Assembly: GCA_964621445.1 (NCBI GenBank)
Contig: CAZUNO010000053.1
Span: forward strand, 1 to 10,068
DNA: 10,068 bases
Origin: Candidatus Hadarchaeota archaeon
GTDB lineage: Archaea > CAYQAE01 > CAYVLA01
Direction: 5' to 3'
Shown piece after piece: positions 1-6,565 of the stretch (the first letter of the stretch is position 1; every line of letters begins with the position of its first letter). The position numbers and the translations under genes are program-made. The notes under the pieces were generated by a model. That model had not been told where the DNA came from. It was given only the letters and a program-made list of their open reading frames with translations, and searched no databases.

Positions 1-206
1 CGGTTCTGGCCCAGGATTATCTCGCGGTCATCCATGGGCCCTTCGTCGGTAACTATGTCAAGTCGAGCATCACAGATCTTCTCCAGAAAATCCTGCAGCT
101 CCTCCGCCCCGCGGCGCTCCGATCTCGATGCGTCCTCCGATATCACGATGGAGTAATCACTTACCCCCGCCTCGGATATCACCAGCAATTCCTGTTCATG
201 GCTCAA
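1..206 (-). CDS. N-terminal part (runs off the window edge) of a probable DUF4838-family / glycoside hydrolase-like protein (GH20/GH67-type N-terminal domain)
   Basis: Not in the ORF track. Manual minus-strand translation from TTG (206-204) gives MSHEQELLVISEAGVSDYSIVISEDASRSERRGAEELQDFLEKICDARLDIVTDEGPMDDREIILGQN, open to the edge. GGAGG (cctcc at 214-218) lies 7 nt upstream. The pattern YxIVIxxxASxxExxxAxELQxFLxKIxxxxLxIV...IILG matches, from memory, the N-terminus of DUF4838 proteins. Confidence 0.7.
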   Translation of the reverse strand, partial: MSHEQELLVISEAGVSDYSIVISEDASRSERRGAEELQDFLEKICDARLDIVTDEGPMDDREIILGQN

Positions 207-213
207 TTCAATT

Positions 214-218
214 CCTCC
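214..218 (-). promoter_or_regulatory. Shine-Dalgarno GGAGG for the minus-strand gene starting at 206
   Basis: cctcc on + strand = GGAGG on - strand, 7 nt before TTG. Confidence 0.6.
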
Positions 219-386
219 GAAAATCTCTCACGGTATTGACTTATCCTGAGCTATGCCCGCTGGACAGCGGTGGGTCGCATTGAAATCTGTTAGCCGGGAA
301 AAAGAGATAAGGAACATCCCTAAATCCCCTTGGTCCAGATCACGATTAGGACTATCCAGGAAGATCAGCAAATTTGAGGAAACTAC

Positions 387-1436
387 ATGACACGAAAGGT
401 GAAAATCGGCTTCATCGGATGTGGCTTCATGGGGCAGATCGCACACCTGGCGAGCTTTGCCCGGGATCCCAGAGCCGATATCGTGGCCATAGCCGATCTA
501 AGGCCCAAACTGGTACGCAGGGTCGCCAAACATTACTCGATACCGGAAACCTATCATAGTCATTCCGACCTCCTGGAAAAAGCCGATGTAGAAGCGGTGG
601 TGGAGATAACCCAGGATGACCAGCACGTGCCGGTGGCCATTGACGCCATAAGGATGGGCAAACACGTGTACACGGAGAAGCCGCTGTCCACGAATCTCAG
701 GGACGCGGAGAAGGCGGCCAGAACGGCCAAGAGGCACGGCGTTAAGCTCCAGGTGAGCTATATGAAGAGGTACGACCCCGGCGTGGAGGTCGCCAAAAAC
801 AGGTTCTCGCAGATCCTCGAGGATGAATCAATGGGCAACCTGACCTTCGCCAGGTCACATGGATTCGGAGGCGATTGGACCTGCAATATCGAGAAGCCGA
901 TTACCACCGATGAGGGGCGGCCGGAATTCGAGAGGGTCAACCCCGACTGGCTCCCAGCCCGGCTTATGGACGATTACAGGAACTATCTAAACGTTTTCTG
1001 CCACAACATCAATCTCCTAAGGCATTTCCTCGGCAACCCCGGGGATGCACGTTTCTCCTACCACAGTCCCAGCACAAAAATCCTCATGCTTGAATACCCT
1101 GATTTCCCGGCGCTTGTGGAGACGGGGTGGCTCTCCGCCTCTTTCTGGGACGAGTCCACCCAGATCTACTTCGATGAGGGAAGGATAACCCTGGACACCC
1201 CGCCGCCTCTTCTGCGAAACGCGACTGCCGAGGTGGAGATCTACCAGGGAGGAGAGGTAGGTTCCTGTATCAAACCACGGCCCAAGGCTGACTGGGCATT
1301 CAGGCGTTCCGCCGAACACTTCATAGACTGCATAATCCACGATCAACAGCCGAGGTCCTCGGGACAGGACTCGGTGGAGGATTTGAGGCTCATCGAGGGG
1401 GCATACAAAAGGTTAGCCAAAGCTGAATCCGCCTAG
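387..1436 (+). CDS. Gfo/Idh/MocA-family NAD(P)-dependent oxidoreductase (probable sugar/inositol dehydrogenase)
   Basis: 349 aa. N-terminal Rossmann motif KIGFIGCGFMG, H-x7-GKHVYTEKP motif, YMKRYDP segment; GAGGA at 376-380 upstream of ATG; TAG stop. Confidence 0.93.
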   Translation: MTRKVKIGFIGCGFMGQIAHLASFARDPRADIVAIADLRPKLVRRVAKHYSIPETYHSHSDLLEKADVEAVVEITQDDQHVPVAIDAIRMGKHVYTEKPLSTNLRDAEKAARTAKRHGVKLQVSYMKRYDPGVEVAKNRFSQILEDESMGNLTFARSHGFGGDWTCNIEKPITTDEGRPEFERVNPDWLPARLMDDYRNYLNVFCHNINLLRHFLGNPGDARFSYHSPSTKILMLEYPDFPALVETGWLSASFWDESTQIYFDEGRITLDTPPPLLRNATAEVEIYQGGEVGSCIKPRPKADWAFRRSAEHFIDCIIHDQQPRSSGQDSVEDLRLIEGAYKRLAKAESA

Positions 1437-1610
1437 GTACATCAAGTATACTAAACAAATCTCCTGCCATTCAAAGGCAGATTAGATCCTTGCGATACTT
1501 TTGAAATATGGAAATGAAATGGGTAAACCTTTTTTTTGTCCATTTGAGACCCGTTTCCAGAAATATAGACGTGGAGGAATAGTTCAGCCAAAAATGTAAA
1601 AGCGCAAGCA

Positions 1611-1615
1611 GGAGG
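1611..1615 (+). promoter_or_regulatory. Possible Shine-Dalgarno GGAGG for the PAS/kinase gene
   Basis: GGAGG 11 nt upstream of ATG 1627; spacing is somewhat long. Confidence 0.4.
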
Positions 1616-1626
1616 AAAGTGAAATC

Positions 1627-2277
1627 ATGAAAATGGAAGAGGATGAAGAACCCTCTTCGACGCCAACCATGATGGGAGATGGGCAGGTCACTCCACTGCA
1701 AAAGGACATGATCTCCAGGTTAAGGGCCATCATCTGGGCCGCAAGGGATGCCATCGTGATGATGGACCACCGGGGACGGATCTCCTTGTGGAACCCCTCG
1801 GCCGAAAAGATACTGGGATACAAATCGGATCAGGTAATGGGTAAGGATCTGCATGAAGTAATAGTCCCACCAGAATACAGAGAGAGACATAGGGACGCAT
1901 TTCCCGAATATCTTCAAGGTGACGAACGCCACCCTGAGGGCCAGATAATGGAAATGCATGCTATGAGAAAGAACGGTCAGCGAATACCAGTCGAAATGTC
2001 CCTATCCCGCGTCAAGATCCAGGGGGAATGGCATGCAGTGGCAGTTATTCGGGATACTAGGGATAGAAAGAAGTCAGAGAGGACTCTGGAGAAAACCAAG
2101 CAAAAATATCGAGCAGTATTTGAAAATACGGGAGCAGCGACTCTCATTATTGAAAAGGATACCACAATCTCACTTGTGAACAAGAAGTTTGAGGAATTAA
2201 TTGGTTATTCAAAGAACGAGATAGAGGGGAAAAAAGCTGGACCGAGTTGGTGGCCAGGGATGAACTTCAGAGAATGA
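1627..2277 (+). CDS. PAS-domain S-box protein: N-terminal part of a frameshifted sensor histidine kinase (PAS1/PAC plus first half of PAS2)
   Basis: DAIVMMDHRGRISLWNPSAEKILGY...GKDL and RKNGQRIPVEMSLS...AVIRD are PAS/PAC motifs. A second PAS starts at KYRAVFENTG...ISLVNKKFEELIGYSKNEIEGKK, then the frame decays into AGPSWWPGMNFRE-stop. Confidence 0.85.
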   Translation: MKMEEDEEPSSTPTMMGDGQVTPLQKDMISRLRAIIWAARDAIVMMDHRGRISLWNPSAEKILGYKSDQVMGKDLHEVIVPPEYRERHRDAFPEYLQGDERHPEGQIMEMHAMRKNGQRIPVEMSLSRVKIQGEWHAVAVIRDTRDRKKSERTLEKTKQKYRAVFENTGAATLIIEKDTTISLVNKKFEELIGYSKNEIEGKKAGPSWWPGMNFRE

Positions 2278-3689
2278 AACACTACCACGATATGAGAAGA
2301 AAAAACGCCGATGCAGCACCAAAGAGATACAAGTTTAGGTTTAAGACCAAGGAAGGGAGAATCAAGAAAGGTTGGGCAGCCATAGATACCATCAAGGGAA
2401 CTGAGAAGACCGTAGCATCGGTCATCGATATCACTGACCAGGAAAAAACGAGATTTGAACTTGAAAGGCGACTGGAATTTGAGAGGGCAATGGCCAAAAT
2501 CTCCTCCAGATTCGTGGCTACTGCCGATATTGACGAAGCCATTAACCTTACCCTCAGGGATATCGGTCAGCTTAGCGGCGCCAGTCGAAGCTACCTCTTT
2601 CTTATACAGGAGGATGGACCGGTAAAAAACACCCACCAATGGTGTGCCCCAGGTATTGAATCCCAGAGTGAGTCCCTGGCAAACATAGGGCTTCCTCTTT
2701 TGACTGAGAAATTGAAGGATACCAAAAATCCAAAAGATTTGGACATTTCAGAGCTTTGGCAACAGGCCGGGGCCAATGGAAATAAGGATGCCTTGTTCAC
2801 GGGGTCTTTACTGATCCTACCCATCGTGGGTGAGGGAGAGGTCGTGGGTTTCGCCGAATTCGATAACGTGAAGAAGGCCACCGAGTGGAGTGAGGAGGAT
2901 CGAGCAGTTCTGTCTACTGTCTGCAACATGATCGGGATCGCGCTGGAACGCAAATGGACTCACGAAGAGATCGAAAAGTATTCTCATCATCTGGAGGACC
3001 TCGTTGAGGAAAGAACTAGACAGTTAAAGAAGAAGGAGCGCATGGCTGCCATCGGGCAGACCACGGCAATGGTGGGCCATGATCTACGTAATCCCCTACA
3101 GGTGGTGGTCAATAACATCTATCTTGCCAAAAAAGCCATAGACCAGGGCAATCCAGGTGATGTCCTTGAACGGCTGAAAGTTATTGAACATCGAGCAAGC
3201 TACATGAACAAGATAGTTTCGGATCTACAGGATTTCTCCAGGCCCATCAAGCCCGAACTCCGTCCGGTTGATCTCCCCTCATTGATTCTGGATGCGCTGG
3301 ATGGCATAGAAATTCCGGGCAATGTAGAAGTGAAAACCGATTTTAAGGATGGCCCTGAGGAATTTGAAGCTGATCCCAATATGATCAGGCGAATACTCAT
3401 TAACCTGGTTACAAATGCCGTGCAGGCCATGCCCGATGGCGGGCAATTGGACCTATCCATATCATTTGATGAATCAAACTCCTACCTAAGGATAAAGGAC
3501 ACCGGTATGGGCATATCGGATGAGAGCATGGGCAATATTTTCGACCCCATGTATTCCACCAAGGCCCAGGGGCAAGGATTTGGTCTCCCCGTGTGTAAGA
3601 AGCTTGCGGAAGCCCATGGTGGAAATATCTCCGTTCAAAGCACAGAACAAAAGGGAACTACCTTCACACTAACACTGCCAAGAAACTAA
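2247..3689 (+). CDS. Sensor histidine kinase, C-terminal part (rest of PAS2, GAF, HisKA, HATPase_c); probably one gene with 1627..2277
   Basis: H-box MVGHDLRNPL, N-box LINLVTNAVQAM, G1 DTGMGI, F FDPMYSTK, G2 GQGFGL. GAF-like segment (ASRSYLFL...THQWCAPGI...SLLILPI...VGFAEFDNV...WSEED). This frame is open from 2193 and reads KSWTELVARDELQRMKHYH, continuing PAS2. No transmembrane segment seen. Confidence 0.9.
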   Translation: MVARDELQRMKHYHDMRRKNADAAPKRYKFRFKTKEGRIKKGWAAIDTIKGTEKTVASVIDITDQEKTRFELERRLEFERAMAKISSRFVATADIDEAINLTLRDIGQLSGASRSYLFLIQEDGPVKNTHQWCAPGIESQSESLANIGLPLLTEKLKDTKNPKDLDISELWQQAGANGNKDALFTGSLLILPIVGEGEVVGFAEFDNVKKATEWSEEDRAVLSTVCNMIGIALERKWTHEEIEKYSHHLEDLVEERTRQLKKKERMAAIGQTTAMVGHDLRNPLQVVVNNIYLAKKAIDQGNPGDVLERLKVIEHRASYMNKIVSDLQDFSRPIKPELRPVDLPSLILDALDGIEIPGNVEVKTDFKDGPEEFEADPNMIRRILINLVTNAVQAMPDGGQLDLSISFDESNSYLRIKDTGMGISDESMGNIFDPMYSTKAQGQGFGLPVCKKLAEAHGGNISVQSTEQKGTTFTLTLPRN

Positions 3690-3835
3690 GACCAGCGGAA
3701 CTAGACCACCTCTCTTTTCAGGATCATCCATTTGCAGCATTAGCCAACCCAAATACTCTGAAGCTGACTAACTGCCCCATGAATAAAGAGCGAAAAGACG
3801 TATCAAAGCGAACAGGGTAGGAGGACACGCCCCGA

Positions 3836-3849
3836 AACCTTAGAAGGTT
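3836..3849. promoter_or_regulatory. Inverted repeat AACCTT-AG-AAGGTT just upstream of the MFS gene, possible operator
   Basis: Perfect 6-2-6 inverted repeat ending 7 nt before GTG 3857; overlaps a BRE/TATA-like string CGAAACCTTAGAA. Confidence 0.3.
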
Positions 3850-3856
3850 AGATAGT

Positions 3857-5083
3857 GTGGACCCCAAAAAGGTAATGCTGTTCAAGTTCTCCGCCTACGG
3901 ATTTCTCAAAAATCTGAGATTCTTTGAGCCCTTCCTCTACCTGTTCTTCCTAGCCAATGGACTCTCCTATCTCCAAATCGGTCTGCTGATCTCCATACGC
4001 GAGGTGGCGGTTAACCTATTGGAGATACCAACCGGGATCATCGCCGATGTCACCGGCAGAAGGAGGACCATGGCCACTGCCTTCGCATCCTACATGGTAT
4101 CCTTCACCATATTCTACCTGTCCAGCGATTTCTACGCGTTCATTCCGGCCATGATGCTATTTTCCATGGGGGAGGCCCTTCGATCCGGGACCCACAAATC
4201 GATGATCATGGCCCACCTTGACGAGGAGAACATGTCCGACCGCAAGGTTGAGTACTACGGGAAGACCCGTTCTGCCTCCCGCCTGGGCTCGGCGGTTTCA
4301 TCCTTATTGGCAGCTTCCATTGTTTTTTACTGGCAGAGCTACAACACCGTTTTTCTGGCCACTCTGGTGCCTTATTGCCTGGGCTTCCTACTCATGTTGA
4401 GCTACCCGGCGGAGCTGGATGGCCGGATATCCAAACGTACGTCGCTGGGCGAGATCAAGGACCACGTTGTGGATAGCTTTAATCAGCTGCGAGAGCGTCC
4501 GGGCCTGGCCAGGATGCTGGCAAACGCATCGATATACGATTCCTTCTTCAGGGTATCCAAGGACTATCTTTCGCCCATAGTAAAGAGGTACGCCCTAGTG
4601 CTCCCCATCCTGATATCAATTGGAAATGAGGAGCAGAGAACCGCCATACTGGTGGGGGTGGTGTACTTCTTCGTTTACATAAACAGCTTCATCTCCTCGC
4701 GCAGGTCCGTATCCCTGATGAGAAGGGTCGGTGACATGGCCAAGGCCCTGAATATCCTCTTCTTTGTCCTGGCTCTTTCCTTTCTCCTGGTGGCCGTTTT
4801 TCTAGAGACCGGGGTCCTGATCCTTTCCATAATTGCATTTTTCTTCCTTTTCACCCTCTACAACCTGAGGAAGCCCATGGTGGTTGGGTATCTGGGGGAT
4901 AATATCAGGCCCAGGACCCGGGCCACCCTTCTCAGCGCCCATAACCAGGCCAGGTCCATCTTCGGCATGCTAATTGCCCCGGTACTTGGCTACCTTGCAG
5001 ATACATCGGGGATCAGCTACGCATTTGTTTTTGGAGCGGCGGTGCTTTTACTGTCCGGGATCGTGCTGCGTATTAAGGACTAG
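3857..5083 (+). CDS. MFS transporter, substrate unknown
   Basis: 408 aa with roughly 12 hydrophobic stretches; MFS motif A variant EIPTGIIADVTGRRRTM, GEALRSGT motif, C-terminal GYLAD repeat. GTG start at 3857 (alternative ATG at 3875). Confidence 0.93.
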   Translation: MDPKKVMLFKFSAYGFLKNLRFFEPFLYLFFLANGLSYLQIGLLISIREVAVNLLEIPTGIIADVTGRRRTMATAFASYMVSFTIFYLSSDFYAFIPAMMLFSMGEALRSGTHKSMIMAHLDEENMSDRKVEYYGKTRSASRLGSAVSSLLAASIVFYWQSYNTVFLATLVPYCLGFLLMLSYPAELDGRISKRTSLGEIKDHVVDSFNQLRERPGLARMLANASIYDSFFRVSKDYLSPIVKRYALVLPILISIGNEEQRTAILVGVVYFFVYINSFISSRRSVSLMRRVGDMAKALNILFFVLALSFLLVAVFLETGVLILSIIAFFFLFTLYNLRKPMVVGYLGDNIRPRTRATLLSAHNQARSIFGMLIAPVLGYLADTSGISYAFVFGAAVLLLSGIVLRIKD

Positions 5084-5217
5084 AGGGCAGTATTTGCGGT
5101 CCACCATAGGGCTACCAATGAATGCCACAAAATCGCGAACCTGATAGTCCCAATACTTAATTCATCCCTCTACCTTTGTTCCATGCTAATAATTTGGATT
5201 ATCCATTAACCAACATC

Positions 5218-5251
5218 TTTGGGGAATCTCCAGGGTGGGCCATTTCCCAAA
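5218..5251. repeat. Imperfect inverted repeat TTTGGGGAAT-N14-ATTTCCCAAA
   Basis: 10-bp arms with one mismatch (G-U compatible in RNA); TTTGGGGA recurs at 5294-5301. Confidence 0.55.
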
Positions 5252-5263
5252 TAACATTTTTCT

Positions 5264-5281
5264 TTGAATAATATTATTCAA
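5264..5281. promoter_or_regulatory. Perfect 18-bp palindrome TTGAATAATATTATTCAA, probable operator overlapping the promoter of the wHTH gene
   Basis: All nine base pairs of the dyad checked by hand. AT-rich, ends 25 nt before ATG 5307, where an archaeal TATA region is expected. Confidence 0.7.
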
Positions 5282-5306
5282 CGGCAAATTGTGTTTGGGG
5301 ATCCAA

Positions 5307-6344
5307 ATGAAAAGAATTGAGGACATTGCGGATAGGTACTCAAAGGCCCTGGAATCCATTAAGGACATACGTTCCGAGCTGACGGACGCCGTGGTAAAGT
5401 ACCTGCTAATCAACTCCTCCCAGTTCAAGAAATGCACCCAGCTTGCCATCTCTGAACATCTCGGAATTCCACAGAGCACAATCAGGCGTCTGCTAATTGA
5501 GCTTGAAGAGGAATGGGTACTGAAGTCCAGAGAGGTCGGACAGGCAAAGCCGTACGAGGTCTCTCAACTGGGATATGCAATGGACCGTGGATATGTCTCT
5601 TTTGATAAGCAGGAGGTGATCGAGGTACTGAGGCCAAGGGAATACGCCGAGGAGAAACCAAAACCGAGATCCATATCTGCCTCATTTATGATAGGAGACC
5701 GCAGAGGGGGGAAGATGGTTACAAGGTATCTAACCCCAGGTGGTGCGGCAGCTGCGGACGTGTTCGTTGGCAGATTAATGGGCTTCCTTCCTGAAAGCCC
5801 GATCGACAAGGCCCTCAAAAAAGCCTTCACGGAGGAAAAGACAAAGAACCTGCGTTTCATGTTTCCGGAATACGGCCTCTTTTCTCAAATATTCTCAGGC
5901 CCGGAATGGCCATGGAGAATGTCGTTCAGACCCTTCAGACCGGGAAAAGAACCTAACCCAGAGGGAATCCGAAAGTCGATTCAAAATGAATTCGAAGGTA
6001 GACGAGCTGAAGTCCACAGTAAGTTATCAATATTGGCCCAGATGTTTGAAAAAGACGGTTACCGGGGCATGCTGAACAAAGAACCTGTATACAAATACCA
6101 TTGGTATTCCAGAGGATCGGATTACCCCACGGATTATAGGTTCAGGAAAGAATATGTATACGGAACCACCTACTCGGTTAGACGGGGATTGGATATAGGA
6201 AAGGAGCTGGAAATCGATAAGGACAACATCGAAGAAACGAGAAATCTGGCACTGGCTCTCGACATGGCTATGGATGAGGAGTACCCAGGTCTAGAAAAGG
6301 GGGGTCCGTTACTAGAATGGGCAAGGGAAAAGGAGAGGAGATAG
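5307..6344 (+). CDS. Winged helix-turn-helix protein with an uncharacterised C-terminal region (putative transcriptional regulator)
   Basis: 345 aa from ATG 5307 (ORF track starts at TTG 5289). TQLAISEHLGIPQSTIRRLLIELEEEWVLKSREVGQAKPYEV is an HTH plus wing of TrmB/MarR/ArsR type. The remaining ~255 aa contain no motif I recognise. Confidence 0.8.
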   Translation: MKRIEDIADRYSKALESIKDIRSELTDAVVKYLLINSSQFKKCTQLAISEHLGIPQSTIRRLLIELEEEWVLKSREVGQAKPYEVSQLGYAMDRGYVSFDKQEVIEVLRPREYAEEKPKPRSISASFMIGDRRGGKMVTRYLTPGGAAAADVFVGRLMGFLPESPIDKALKKAFTEEKTKNLRFMFPEYGLFSQIFSGPEWPWRMSFRPFRPGKEPNPEGIRKSIQNEFEGRRAEVHSKLSILAQMFEKDGYRGMLNKEPVYKYHWYSRGSDYPTDYRFRKEYVYGTTYSVRRGLDIGKELEIDKDNIEETRNLALALDMAMDEEYPGLEKGGPLLEWAREKERR

Positions 6345-6508
6345 ACCCCTCGGAACTGACCAATGTGATTCAAGTCGCATTAGTTGATTCTCGCGGCAGA
6401 ATCAGCCTGCCTGCCCGTGCCAGAGAAATCCTTGACATAAAACCCGGAGATCCGATCGTGGTAATGATCGAAGGAAACCGAATGATACTGGTCCCCGCAG
6501 GGGAGTAA
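6317..6508 (+). CDS. AbrB/MazE/SpoVT-family DNA-binding protein
   Basis: VDSRGRISLPARAREILDIKPGDPIVVMIEGNRMILVP is a typical swapped-hairpin signature. Overlaps the upstream gene by 28 nt; alternative start GTG 6365. Confidence 0.9.
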   Translation: MGKGKGEEIDPSELTNVIQVALVDSRGRISLPARAREILDIKPGDPIVVMIEGNRMILVPAGE

Positions 6509-6520
6509 GGAACCCCGTCT

Positions 6521-6542
6521 GTCTTTCCTTATTCTTTTTATT
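6521..6542 (+). promoter_or_regulatory. T-rich tract: possible archaeal oligo-T terminator of the wHTH-AbrB unit and/or TATA box (TTTTTATT, 6535-6542) of the LLM gene
   Basis: gtctttccttattctttttatt follows the AbrB stop. TTTTTATT is centred about 27 nt upstream of ATG 6566 and there is no SD, consistent with a leaderless transcript. Confidence 0.45.
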
Positions 6543-6565
6543 GAACATGTCACTTAATCAAGTGT

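Larger units (their letters stand above)
1627..3689 (+). pseudogene. Frameshifted PAS-PAS-GAF histidine kinase (about 687 aa if one A is added at 2230-2235); true pseudogene, slippage site or assembly error
   Basis: Adding one A to the A6 run gives GGG AAA AAA AGC TGG = G-K-K-S-W-T-E and joins both ORFs through the middle of a PAS domain. Confidence 0.6.

Noticed and set aside
228-446. 72-aa minus-strand ORF across the divergent intergenic region
   Set aside because: Overlaps the oxidoreductase start, has no motif, and the region is better explained as promoter DNA.
2230-2236. AAAAAAG as a canonical dnaX-type -1 frameshift signal
   Set aside because: Wrong phase relative to the upstream reading frame (AAA AAA G) and no obvious strong downstream stem-loop by eye.
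2247-2249. TTG 2247 as an independent start for the kinase
   Set aside because: It falls in the middle of a PAS domain whose first half is in the upstream ORF; a frameshift explains the data better, although re-initiation cannot be excluded.
5289-5306. TTG 5289 as start of the wHTH gene
   Set aside because: ATG 5307 fits better with the position of the AT-rich promoter/palindrome; the extra residues MCLGIQ add nothing recognisable.
5186-5479. 97-aa minus-strand ORF overlapping the wHTH gene start
   Set aside because: Antisense to the HTH region and runs through the palindrome-rich promoter; no motifs.
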